From Coleofasciculus sp. B1-GNL1-01 (GTDB taxonomy: Bacteria > Cyanobacteriota > Cyanobacteriia > Cyanobacteriales > Coleofasciculaceae), in NCBI GenBank assembly GCA_040220235.1, contig JAVJTO010000084.1: a DNA stretch of 64,000 nt, one strand, 5' to 3'. Positions 28,736-38,220 of the stretch are shown here, in pieces. The first letter of the stretch is position 1; each line of letters begins with the position of its first letter. Made by a program: the position numbers and the translations under genes. The notes under the pieces are model-generated. The model worked only from the letters and a program-made list of their open reading frames with translations, did no database searches and was not told the origin of the DNA.

Positions 28736-29530
28736 ATGAAAGCTTCTTCCCGATTCCCTGTTCCCTCGACTCAGATGACCCGCAATCGGTTAGCCAATAG
28801 GGTGTCTGTGGGGTTAAAAACTACGGGTTGGTCAGCGAGTTTAGCTATTGTCCTCGCTAGTACCAATGGTTTAGCCGTCAACCCTGTCAACCAAAACCTC
28901 CCTGTTCAAAATCAGCTTCAGCGTGATGCTACCGTTGCTCAGAATAACACTGATGACCCGCGATTCACCTGCCAATTCTTTGAGGGGGAGTATACGGTGA
29001 TGTATCATCCCGAAAGTCAACCTGAACAGGCTTATGCTTGGGCGACTCCTAGTTTGATGGGTGGGGGTTGGACTCCAGAACGCCGATGTAATGAAATTAG
29101 CCGCCGTTTGGAGTTTTATCGACCGGATGGGTTATTGGAAATGCGGACAGCGACGGAAAATAACTACAACATTATTTGTGTCACCACGCAGAAGAACCCA
29201 GATTGTCAAATTGTCCTGACTGTACCGCCCGGTCAAGATCCTCAACTCACTCGCGATCGCGTATTTGAAAATTTGACGGTTGCTGATAGTGGTCAAGCGA
29301 CGGATGCTGTGACCACCTTTATTGAAGATGAGAACCGTTCAGATCTGCTTGATCGGGTGTTAAATGAAGGATTATCAGTCTTGGGAATGGGTAAACCGTC
29401 TAGACCGAGTTCTGAGTCGATCAATTTGCGACCTTTTCTTGATCCGGCTGATGGTGGAACAGGAACTCAATTGCGCCAGGAGACACCAGGACGATCCACT
29501 CCCCGTCTAAACCCTGATAATTTCCGATGA
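28736..29530 (+). CDS. COP23 domain protein
   Basis: RFTCQ, GGGWTPERRC.EISRRL, ENNYNIICV, C.IVLTVPPG.DP motifs. Confidence 0.8.
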   Translation: MKASSRFPVPSTQMTRNRLANRVSVGLKTTGWSASLAIVLASTNGLAVNPVNQNLPVQNQLQRDATVAQNNTDDPRFTCQFFEGEYTVMYHPESQPEQAYAWATPSLMGGGWTPERRCNEISRRLEFYRPDGLLEMRTATENNYNIICVTTQKNPDCQIVLTVPPGQDPQLTRDRVFENLTVADSGQATDAVTTFIEDENRSDLLDRVLNEGLSVLGMGKPSRPSSESINLRPFLDPADGGTGTQLRQETPGRSTPRLNPDNFR

Positions 29531-30346
29531 ATCAGGTTCAATTTGGGGTTGAGGCACACTGAGATCTAAGAAATTTTGGTGTTTTAATATTTCAAATAGG
29601 TTGACATCGGTTTCCAGTAAACAGGCATGACCTGACTTCGGCAATACCGACATCGTAGCGTTTGGCAGATAGTTGACTAAGGCTTTGGCTTCTGAGACGG
29701 AAGACCACAAGCGATCCAACGCGCTGGCGAGGATGAGGGTGGGTTGGGTCAATTGTTCGAGTTGTTCTGGAGAAACTTGAAAATTTCTCAGCATGGATAC
29801 TCGCCAATGCATGGTTTTGGCAGGTAATGATCGCATTGCTTCTAAGAGGGCGCGGCGATTTCTGGGAATCATCCGATTGAGAGATGATAAGACGGGCAAT
29901 AATGTCAGAGTTGAGAGGTGATAAATATTCTCCGGTAATACGCCTAACCATTGTGATCCCCACAGTAACCATGAGGGTTGACTCACGGAGGTGGCTGGGT
30001 TACATAAAATGATTCGGTGCAACAGATGGGGGGCGGTGAGGGCGACCTTTAGGGCTAAACAGCCACCAAAGGACTCGCCACAGAGATAAACGCTTTGGCT
30101 GTTTCTTTGGCTGAGTTCTGTGGCAATTAAGCTAGCCACCTGATTGGCTAAGTCTTGCCAGTCACTCAAATAGTGGGGCGGAATGACCAAACACCGAACA
30201 TCAAACGCTGCGGCTAAGTTGGGTATCTGCGATCGCAAGAGTTGACCGGTTCCATCCATCCCCGGTAAATAGACGAACAAGGGATAATCCGGATTGGGCG
30301 ATCGCGGTGTCAGAAAATAAGGATGACTTTTTAGCTCTGGCATCAT
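29507..30346 (-). CDS. Alpha/beta fold hydrolase
   Basis: YLPGMDGTG, GESFGG nucleophile elbow, DRLW, SGHACLLE; start uncertain. Confidence 0.85.
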   Translation of the reverse strand: MMPELKSHPYFLTPRSPNPDYPLFVYLPGMDGTGQLLRSQIPNLAAAFDVRCLVIPPHYLSDWQDLANQVASLIATELSQRNSQSVYLCGESFGGCLALKVALTAPHLLHRIILCNPATSVSQPSWLLWGSQWLGVLPENIYHLSTLTLLPVLSSLNRMIPRNRRALLEAMRSLPAKTMHWRVSMLRNFQVSPEQLEQLTQPTLILASALDRLWSSVSEAKALVNYLPNATMSVLPKSGHACLLETDVNLFEILKHQNFLDLSVPQPQIEPDSSEIIRV

Positions 30347-31407
30347 TGACTTTAGGTAGCCTTCGCTTATACTAGACAATTTCCCCCCTAGGGGCTTTCT
30401 CGGCTAAAGCTGAGATCTGTATCGATTAGTCTTGACACAACCCTTAGGGATAGTTATTTAATCTTTCTTTACAATAAGCGGTAATACGGCTGACTGGCAA
30501 ATATTCTGAAAGTGGGGATGATTGAAATGCTGGGAAATATGGGAACAATTAGGGAGCTGGCGCAGCTTATCGCAGTAGTCTTAGCCCCAATTCAACAACA
30601 GGAGTTGACAAAATCGCTATTATATGGATAGACGGCAAATTGCCAAGACTTACCTCTGCTGCTGCCTTGACTTCATCTCAGTTCCGTTGACCTGTCACTC
30701 AACCTAGAGATGAGCTTGAACTCTCCTAAATTTAACGAAATAATTCTTTATATTGAGAAATAACTCCTTTGTTTTAGTTAGTTCAAGCATTTTTAAACAA
30801 AATTTAGTAAAGTTTGTTAATGTTTTGTAGTATTTAATACTTTGTTTTGTCAAAATGCAAAGTAAAGCCAACTGGATATACCATAACAACCAAGTATAGG
30901 GAGGGTGTTTTTGTAAACAATCGATGACTTCTAATCGGACTCAAAGAAACACATTGACCGTTAAAAGTAACGTAGCCCACAAACTCAGGGACTTCCTGTG
31001 CCGAAGCCTAGGTAAGAGGAGTCCCGATTACCAAGAGGCTAGGGTAGAGAGTATCCACAAATACAGGAGGACAGATCATGGTTTAGAATCTATCGAGCAA
31101 CGGTTAAGCGATCGCACGGCTAATATAGAAACTGTCCTCCCTTTGAGGCAAGTCGGCAAAACCATCATTTGGGAAATTAATTTCCTTAACTCATTTAACC
31201 AATTCCTTGTCAAACAAGAGTTTGGCAGTTCGTCCAAGATACGGAAACACTACTCTAACTGTGCAGGTCTTGTACAGTATCGGGGAATCAGCTAGACTAA
31301 CAGCTTGTCTACTCGCGCTGACTATTCCCAATCAACATCGATATCTACCAAAAACCTGGCTACCCTAGTGACTTTAACCAAAAAACTCTCATTTAAGATG
31401 AATATCG

Positions 31408-31472
31408 CTGACTTAAGCTGGGTTCGTAGTAGACACTTTAGTGCCAGCAGTGTTAAAGCGCTTACTACAAAC
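31408..31472. repeat. Double-hairpin repeat (family 2), intergenic copy
   Basis: 65 bp, 6 mismatches by hand count to the reverse complement of 58755-58819. Confidence 0.8.
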
Positions 31473-31701
31473 TCTAAATTCAGTGACATTCCATTTAAGA
31501 TCATGCAACATCAGTCATTCATTGGCATTGGGTAACCTTAGCGAATGATCGCTAAAGGGCATTTACGCCTGTTTTTGGGCGATGGAAGCCTGATAGTGTT
31601 CCGTCGTTTTCAGCCAAAATCACACTTACGGCTGACTAAACGAGAAGATGGTTGGGAAGGGAGCATCTATTTCTTTCATAAAAAACTGAGGCATAAAAAT
31701 C

Positions 31702-32319
31702 ATGTTGAATAATTTTAGTACCGATCCCATTTTTACACCTGAGCAAGTTTTAGAAAATCGCGGTCGGGTTGCCATATTCATTGATGGATCAAATCTGTTT
31801 TATGCAGCCCTGCAATTAGGCATTGAAATTGATTACACCAAACTGTTGGTTCGTTTAACGGCTGGTTCACGACTGCTGCGCTCCTTCTTTTACACGGGTG
31901 TTGATCGCACCAATGAAAAGCAGCAAGGGTTTTTGCTGTGGATGCGCCGCAATGGATACCGGGTCATTGCTAAGGATTTAGTGCAGTTACCTGATGGATC
32001 GAAAAAGGCGAATCTAGATGTGGAAATTGCTGTCGATATGATGGCATTAGTGGGATCTTATGATACTGCCATTCTCGTCAGTGGCGACGGTGATCTGGCG
32101 TATGCTGTAGATGCCGTCAGTTATCGAGGAGTACGGGTTGAGGTGGTTAGTTTACGTTCAATGACTAGCGATAGTCTGATTAACGTCGCGGATCGGTATA
32201 TTGATCTGGATCAGATTCAAGAAAGTATCCGCAAATCCCCACGACAAAACTATACCTATCGTCCTTTATCCGGTATTGGTATGATGGATGATCCCGGAGA
32301 TCCTTCCATGGGTCATTAA
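31702..32319 (+). CDS. lalA: NYN domain LabA/DUF88 family protein (LalA-like)
   Basis: RVAIFIDGSNLFY, KANLDVEIAVD, LVSGDGD motifs; symbol from recalled similarity. Confidence 0.8.
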   Translation: MLNNFSTDPIFTPEQVLENRGRVAIFIDGSNLFYAALQLGIEIDYTKLLVRLTAGSRLLRSFFYTGVDRTNEKQQGFLLWMRRNGYRVIAKDLVQLPDGSKKANLDVEIAVDMMALVGSYDTAILVSGDGDLAYAVDAVSYRGVRVEVVSLRSMTSDSLINVADRYIDLDQIQESIRKSPRQNYTYRPLSGIGMMDDPGDPSMGH

Positions 32320-32426
32320 GCTGTTCGTCATTGAAACGTTATTGTCAATGATGGCAATGGCGAAATTCTGGTAATGCGAGTACCTTGCTCGCTACGAATA
32401 CCCGAATTTGAATTCATGACAGCTTA
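32317..32426 (-). mobile_element. MITE family 1 copy overlapping the lalA stop codon
   Basis: Ends TAAGCTGTTCG ... CATGACAGCTTA; internal CTTGCTCGCTAC is the reverse complement of the family core. Confidence 0.65.
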
Positions 32427-32512
32427 CTCATGAGTTATGAGTCATTAGTCCTGGCTGTTTTACGGTTAAGGACTAATGACTAACCATCCAAATTTAAAAT
32501 AAGCTGGCTCCA

Positions 32513-33655
32513 ATGATTTTGAGTTGGAAACAATGTTTAGCAATGAGCCTCTGTCTATTGGCATTGGCTCCGCTTTTTGGCTGTCAGACTGAAAGCCAAA
32601 CGGTCAAGAAAATTCAACAAGATACAGAATCTACCGATATTGAAGGCTCTCTCGTCTTCAATAATGTCACCTTAGAGCAAGCCGATGAACAAGGGCGTCC
32701 TTTGTGGCGGGTAAAAGCGAACCAAGCAACCTATACTAAAGACAAAAAAATAGCTAAAGTTGAACAGCCCATCGGTGATTTATTTCAGGATGGAAAGGTT
32801 ATTTTAAAAGTATCAGCCAAGAGTGGGGAAGTTCGGGAAGATGGGAAACAAATTTTTCTGCGAGGAGATATTACGGCTACCGATACCCGCAATGGCGCGG
32901 TTTTTAAGGGTGAGGAATTGGAGTGGTTACCCCAGGATGAGTTGTTAGTGGTACGCCGAAACTTAGAGGGACGCCATCCTGAACAAATCGAGGTCACGGC
33001 TAATGAAGGACAGTATTTAACCCGCCAAGAGCAAATGGAACTGAAAGGCTCGGTTCAAGCAATCTCGAAAGATCCCAATGTGCAACTGAAAACAGAGCAG
33101 TTACTTTGGCAAATCAAAGGGCAAAAGTTAATTGGGGATCAACGGACTCAAACGGAACGGTACAAGGATAACACTGTGACTGATCGCGTAGTCGCTAACC
33201 AGACGGACTATAACCTTAAAACCAAAGTCGCGATCCTAAAAAAAGATGTTCAGCTTACATCTATTGATCCCCCGGTTTTAATATCCAGCAATGAAGCAAT
33301 CTGGGATGTCAAGGCGGAAACAGTCCGCTCAAATCAGCCTGTTCAAATTGTCTATCAGGACGAGAAGGTAGTGATTACGGCGAATCAGGGACAGGTAGAT
33401 TTAGAGAGCGAAGTCGCCAATTTAAAGGGGGGTGTCCAAGGTGTGGGTAGTCGCAATCAAGCCGAACTCTACGCCAATCAAGTCAGGTGGGACATTCCCA
33501 CTCAGAATATGCAGGCGTCGGGTAATGTGATTTATAAACAAGTTGATCCCCCCTTTAATGTCACCGGAGCCACCGCCGTGGGTAAATTACAGGATCAAAG
33601 CATGATCGTCAGGAGTGGATCGAGCGATCGCGTCGTCACCGAAATTGTCCCCTAG
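32513..33655 (+). CDS. lptC: LPS export periplasmic protein LptC (cyanobacterial long form)
   Basis: Cys-containing signal region; VTLEQADEQGRPLWRVKA..A.Y and repeated beta-rich segments. Confidence 0.8.
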   Translation: MILSWKQCLAMSLCLLALAPLFGCQTESQTVKKIQQDTESTDIEGSLVFNNVTLEQADEQGRPLWRVKANQATYTKDKKIAKVEQPIGDLFQDGKVILKVSAKSGEVREDGKQIFLRGDITATDTRNGAVFKGEELEWLPQDELLVVRRNLEGRHPEQIEVTANEGQYLTRQEQMELKGSVQAISKDPNVQLKTEQLLWQIKGQKLIGDQRTQTERYKDNTVTDRVVANQTDYNLKTKVAILKKDVQLTSIDPPVLISSNEAIWDVKAETVRSNQPVQIVYQDEKVVITANQGQVDLESEVANLKGGVQGVGSRNQAELYANQVRWDIPTQNMQASGNVIYKQVDPPFNVTGATAVGKLQDQSMIVRSGSSDRVVTEIVP

Positions 33656-33829
33656 AGGGAGATGGGGGAGCTGGGGAAGATGGGGGCGCTGGGGGAGCTG
33701 GGGAAGCTGGGGGAGCTGGGGGAGCTGGGGGCGCTGGGGGAGCTGGGGAAGCTGGGGAAGATAGGGAATAAAATTTACAAATGACGAATGACGAATGACA
33801 AATGACGAATGACGAATGACGAATGACGA
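33656..33829. repeat. Composite STRR array (9-bp and 7-bp units) between convergent genes
   Basis: Directly visible tandem repeats. Confidence 0.9.
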
Positions 33830-35770
33830 CTAAGGCACATCAAAGAGAATACTATTGGGCAGATTACTAATAGCACGTTGCAGGGTGGCTAGCGCTCGGT
33901 TGTAGTCTAGTATTGCCGTCAATAAGTTGACTCTGGAACGAGTTAAGGCTGTTTGCTGATTAATTACATCGGTTTGAGTACCCACCCCAGCACCAAATCG
34001 TAATCGTGCCAGTCGTAAGCTTTCTTGTGCTTGTTCTAGGGCAAAGGATGCCGTTTGAATATTCTCCTGGCTAGCTGTTAACTGGAAAAAAGCTTGTTCA
34101 ACCTCAAGGCGAATTTGGTCACGCTCATTGGCAAAATTAGATTCCGCGATCGCCACATCCGCTTCGGCTTGTCTGGCTCTGGCTTTCGCGGCTCCCCCAT
34201 CAAAGAAATTCCACTGGAGCCGCGCTCCTAACGTTAAGCCATCGGTCGGACCATCACTATCATCCAACTGGGTGGAAATATTATATTGGGCAAACAGATT
34301 CACCTGGGGTTTATTGTCCGCTAGAGCAATGCGCCGTTGTTGTTCATTGATATTGCGTTGTGCCAGTTGCTGTTCTAACTCCGCCCGGTTTTTCAGTGCT
34401 AAAATAATACTTTCTTCTAGGGAAAGTTCCCAGTCCCCTGCCACATCGATGGGATCAGCTGCAGAAATTCCCACCTGCTGATCCAAACTTAACAATTGTG
34501 CAATTTGGCGGCGGGCAATGCGTTGCTCACTGATGGCGTTGGTTAACGCTTGATTATTATTGGCGAGTTCCACCTGCGCCTGCAACACTTCAAATCGAGT
34601 TCCTAAGCCAGCTTGTTCGAGTAACTGGGCATCCCGTAGACTGCGAGCCGCATCATTAACCGCCGCTTGGCTAATTTCGACTTCGGCATCTGCCTGTTGT
34701 AAATCGTAGTAAGTCCTCGTGACATTTAGTCGTAAATCTGCCAGGATGCTTTCTAAACCCAGTTGTTGGAAGCGTACCCGTTGTTCGGCAGCTTGAATAG
34801 CCGCAGGACGACGCCCAGCCGTATAAGCGGCATAGTTTAATTCCAGCCGGGTATCAAAGTTTGTCGATGTGATTGTCCGATTCGTCTGACCCAGTAGCTC
34901 TTGTAAAAAACCTTGCTGACCTCCTGTTTCCGACTCGGTTCGGATAAATTCGGCAATGGCACTAATCGATGGAAACTCGGCAGCTAGCTGTTCTTGCAGC
35001 GCAAACTCCGCTCGTTCTAACTCGAGTCTAGCAACTTGTAACTGTTGATTGTTACGTCGTGCCAATTCTATTGCCTGTTCTAGGGTAATTGGCTGAGTCG
35101 TTTGCACTTGGACTTCTTCAACTTCGGTGGGAAACAGCAATGGATTAGCACTGGGATTGAGCAATTCTGATATCGGTAGATCAGGAGTGGTAGACGGTAT
35201 CGGCACAGATTCGATCTCTGGTGTGAGAAAGTCGGGTGAAGGTGTTTCGGGTTCCTCTAACGTGGGAAGGGAGGGAATAGATTCAGGGGTTTGACCAATC
35301 GAATTCTCTGGCTGTTGGGTAACGAGTTGCTTAGAGTCTTGAGCCAGTTCTGTGGAATTAGGGGAATGTTCAGTCTCAGAGGTTACGGGTTCACTTGTAG
35401 AGTTCAAGGACTCACTTGTCTGAGCATGGGTTGGTTCCTCTGTCGTATTCCGGGGGGAATGAAGCCCTTGCTCCCTTTCAATCGCGTCTAAGCTCGTGCT
35501 GAGGGCATCAGGATCAATCCCTTCTGCCATCTGCCATCTGCCCTCTACCTTTGTTCGGTCATCAGCCGCATCAACGAGTAAGTTTTCCTCAGTCGATGGG
35601 GGAGCCACGTCTGTCAATCCTCTCTGGGTTACCCGATCACGTTGATGAGTCGGGGCTTGACGTTGAAAGCTAAGCGGCGACGATAAATCTTGAGAGGCGC
35701 TTGGTTTTGTATAGATCAGAGCGATCGCAGTCCCCACACCTAGAGCTACAAAATCACGAAACGTTGGCAT
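33830..35770 (-). CDS. TolC family outer membrane efflux protein
   Basis: NPLLFPT..EEV, ITLEQAIELARRNN, AGLGTRFEVLQAQ, RF.AGVGTQTDV motifs; long low-complexity N-terminus. Confidence 0.9.
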   Translation of the reverse strand: MPTFRDFVALGVGTAIALIYTKPSASQDLSSPLSFQRQAPTHQRDRVTQRGLTDVAPPSTEENLLVDAADDRTKVEGRWQMAEGIDPDALSTSLDAIEREQGLHSPRNTTEEPTHAQTSESLNSTSEPVTSETEHSPNSTELAQDSKQLVTQQPENSIGQTPESIPSLPTLEEPETPSPDFLTPEIESVPIPSTTPDLPISELLNPSANPLLFPTEVEEVQVQTTQPITLEQAIELARRNNQQLQVARLELERAEFALQEQLAAEFPSISAIAEFIRTESETGGQQGFLQELLGQTNRTITSTNFDTRLELNYAAYTAGRRPAAIQAAEQRVRFQQLGLESILADLRLNVTRTYYDLQQADAEVEISQAAVNDAARSLRDAQLLEQAGLGTRFEVLQAQVELANNNQALTNAISEQRIARRQIAQLLSLDQQVGISAADPIDVAGDWELSLEESIILALKNRAELEQQLAQRNINEQQRRIALADNKPQVNLFAQYNISTQLDDSDGPTDGLTLGARLQWNFFDGGAAKARARQAEADVAIAESNFANERDQIRLEVEQAFFQLTASQENIQTASFALEQAQESLRLARLRFGAGVGTQTDVINQQTALTRSRVNLLTAILDYNRALATLQRAISNLPNSILFDVP

Positions 35771-35968
35771 AAGTTTAAAGTTGGGTCTTTAGTCTAAAAA
35801 AAATTATTTTGCTTACATTGAGTAGAGTCACCATAGGCAGAATAATCGCTTATCTGTGAGGTTGGCAAACTGGGTCAAGATTAGAGTATCTCAATCAAGC
35901 TTGACACAAGCAATCACCAGCATCTAGTGCATCCCGGCAGAAATAACTAACCAGCTCCCCTAGCTCCC

Positions 35969-35992
35969 AGACGTAGCATGCTACGTCTCTAC
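35969..35992. repeat. Perfect palindrome (REP-like) at the TetR gene 3' end
   Basis: AGACGTAGCATGCTACGTCT followed by CTAC. Confidence 0.65.
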
Positions 35993-36630
35993 ATTGCTTC
36001 CCCAGCCGCCATTAGCTGAATTAGACCATTGACCATGCGATCGCGGTCTAAGGGCAGAATTTCACCCCCCTGTAGGATGTTTTGAATGATCAGGTAATGA
36101 ACCAGAGAGCCTGTAAAAATTCGGGCGGCGACGACGGGATCGGGCAAGTTGAGTTGGGGTTGAGAGGCTAAGTACAAGGACAGCCGTTCCATTAAGGGTT
36201 TGATAATTTCGCGCACATGGGTTTGAGCTAATTCCGGAAACCGCTCAGACTCGCCAATGATTAACCGCATTAAGGTTAACAGCGCTGGATTGTTCGCAAA
36301 CTCGTCGAGTACCGCCATTGCCATTTGACGCAGAACCTGCTCAGGAGGCGTTTGCAAGTCCGGCTCAGTGGGCAAATTGAGGATGAGCTGACTGTTGTTT
36401 TGGGTGAGTTGGTGGATTAAGGCGACAAATAATCCCTGTTTATCTTGAAAGTAGTTATACAGCGTGGGTTTGGATACTCCTGCCGCTGATGCAATCCGAT
36501 CCATGCTCGCTGCTGTGTATCCATGCTTGGTAAACACTTGCAAAGCACCTGCCAAAATCGCTTGGGCTTTATCGGGTTTTTCTTTGTTGGATGAGTTGGA
36601 TGACTTGGGTTGAGTTGAACGATTCACCAT
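35989..36630 (-). CDS. TetR/AcrR family transcriptional regulator
   Basis: AILAGA..VF..HGY.AASMDRIASAAGVSKPTLYNYF.DK..LF HTH. Confidence 0.93.
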   Translation of the reverse strand: MVNRSTQPKSSNSSNKEKPDKAQAILAGALQVFTKHGYTAASMDRIASAAGVSKPTLYNYFQDKQGLFVALIHQLTQNNSQLILNLPTEPDLQTPPEQVLRQMAMAVLDEFANNPALLTLMRLIIGESERFPELAQTHVREIIKPLMERLSLYLASQPQLNLPDPVVAARIFTGSLVHYLIIQNILQGGEILPLDRDRMVNGLIQLMAAGEAM

Positions 36631-36650
36631 TTGAGTTTTGAGCTACGTCT

Positions 36651-36711
36651 GTAGGGGCGGGGTTTACGACTATCATTTTTTCACTGACCCAGAGGTAACT
36701 AAATCCGCCCC
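36651..36711. repeat. GTAG-type REP-like element
   Basis: GTAGGGGCGGG ... CCGCCCC; inverted homolog at 38071-38130. Confidence 0.65.
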
Positions 36712-36724
36712 AATCCATGTTATT

Positions 36725-36768
36725 TTACTAAACCGTGTAGTTGACATTACTAAACCGTTTAGTAAAAT
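36725..36768 (+). promoter_or_regulatory. devB promoter with two tandem palindromic operators (probable TetR sites)
   Basis: TTGACA at 36741 and TAAAAT at 36763; perfect TTACTAAAC-C-GTTTAGTAA at 36747-36765 and imperfect copy at 36725-36743. Confidence 0.75.
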
Positions 36769-36809
36769 CTAGATATAGATAAAGCTTTTCTCTGAGAGGG
36801 AGAAAGTCC

Positions 36810-38006
36810 ATGACCTTAGACCTGTTGAACCATCAGGCAGCATCGGCAAAATCACCGCGTCGTTGGCTAGCGTTTGTCGGCGTAGCAATTTTGGGGCTGG
36901 CTGGAACAGGATGGGGAGTCTGGCAATTTCGAGCGGCTCAGATGAGGGAGGCTCTAACGGAAGTCTCAGTTGTGCCTGAAATTAAAACGGTGACTGCATT
37001 GGGGCGGTTGGAGCCAGCCGGAGAAATGATTAACCTCACGGCGTCAACCTCAACTCAGCAAAGCCGAATTGAGGAACTGTTGGTTGAGGAGGGCGATCGC
37101 GTCCAAACCGGACAGATTATTGCCATTTTAGATAACCGCGATCGCTTACAGGCATCCCTCCAAAAAGCCGAGAATCAGGTTCGCGTCGCTCAGGCAAAAC
37201 TGGCACAGGTAAAAGCTGGAGCCAAAACGGGTGAACTGCAAGCCCAGCGTGCTGAAATTGCCCGACTTCAGGCAGATCGAGCTGGAAGTTTAGCGGCTCA
37301 ACGGGCGGCGGTGGATCGGCTGGAGGCAGAAGTACAAAATGCCCGCTTGGAATATGAGCGATACGAATCCTTGTATCAGCAGGGTGCTGTCTCCGCCTCT
37401 CAACGGGATGCCAAGCGGCTGGCTTACATCACGGCTCAACAACAGGTTCAGCAGGCGCAAGCGGAGTTAGGGCGGATTGAGACAACCAGTCAAGAACAAA
37501 TTCAACAGGCACAAGCCACCCTGGATCGACTCGCCGAGGTGCGTCCCGTAGACGTAGAAGCAGCCGAGGCAGAAGTCCAATCAGCAAAAGCCGCCGTTGT
37601 CGAAGCCCAAGCCAATTTAGAGCAAGCCGAAGTGCGATCGCCCCGTGCGGGTCAAATTATTAAGATTCACACCTATCCAGGTGAAAAAATAGCGGATCAG
37701 GGCATTGTTACCTTAGGACAAACCCAGCAGATGAAAGCGATCGCGGAAGTTTACCAAAGCGACATTCTCAAGATTCAGGAAGGTCAACCTGCCACGATTA
37801 CATCACCCGTCATTCCTGACTCACTCCAAGGTACAGTCGAGCGGATTGGCTTACAAATTGAGCAACAACAGGTTGTCGATGAAGATCCCGCCGCCAACAT
37901 TGATGCCAAAGTCGTTGAAGTTCACATTCGTCTCGATCCCAACTCAAGTCAGAACGTGGCAGGATTAAGCAACTTACAAGTTACAGTCACCATTCAAACC
38001 GAGTAA
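36810..38006 (+). CDS. devB: DevB family membrane fusion protein
   Basis: VTALGRLEP.GE, coiled coil, AEVYQSDI, D.KVVEV.IRLD, NLQV.V.I. Confidence 0.9.
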   Translation: MTLDLLNHQAASAKSPRRWLAFVGVAILGLAGTGWGVWQFRAAQMREALTEVSVVPEIKTVTALGRLEPAGEMINLTASTSTQQSRIEELLVEEGDRVQTGQIIAILDNRDRLQASLQKAENQVRVAQAKLAQVKAGAKTGELQAQRAEIARLQADRAGSLAAQRAAVDRLEAEVQNARLEYERYESLYQQGAVSASQRDAKRLAYITAQQQVQQAQAELGRIETTSQEQIQQAQATLDRLAEVRPVDVEAAEAEVQSAKAAVVEAQANLEQAEVRSPRAGQIIKIHTYPGEKIADQGIVTLGQTQQMKAIAEVYQSDILKIQEGQPATITSPVIPDSLQGTVERIGLQIEQQQVVDEDPAANIDAKVVEVHIRLDPNSSQNVAGLSNLQVTVTIQTE

Positions 38007-38196
38007 TTTGTCATTTGTCATTTGTCATTTGTCATTCGTCATTTGTCATTCGTCATTTGTCATTTGTAAAGGGGCGGGTTTAGTTACATCTGGGTATAAC
38101 CACAAAGATAGTTGTGAAACCCGCCCCTACAAAATTTCCCCATCTCCCGATAACTGACAACTGATAACTGATAACTGATAACTGATAACTGATAAC
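38007..38196. repeat. STRR arrays (TTTGTCA)n and (GATAACT)n flanking a REP-like element
   Basis: Directly visible repeats between devB and devC. Confidence 0.85.
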
Positions 38197-38220
38197 TTCA
38201 CCAACCCCGAATCAGAAACC

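Noticed and set aside
30924..31535. ORFs of 123, 76 and 60 aa upstream of lalA
   Set aside because: No recognisable features; two are read through a dispersed repeat
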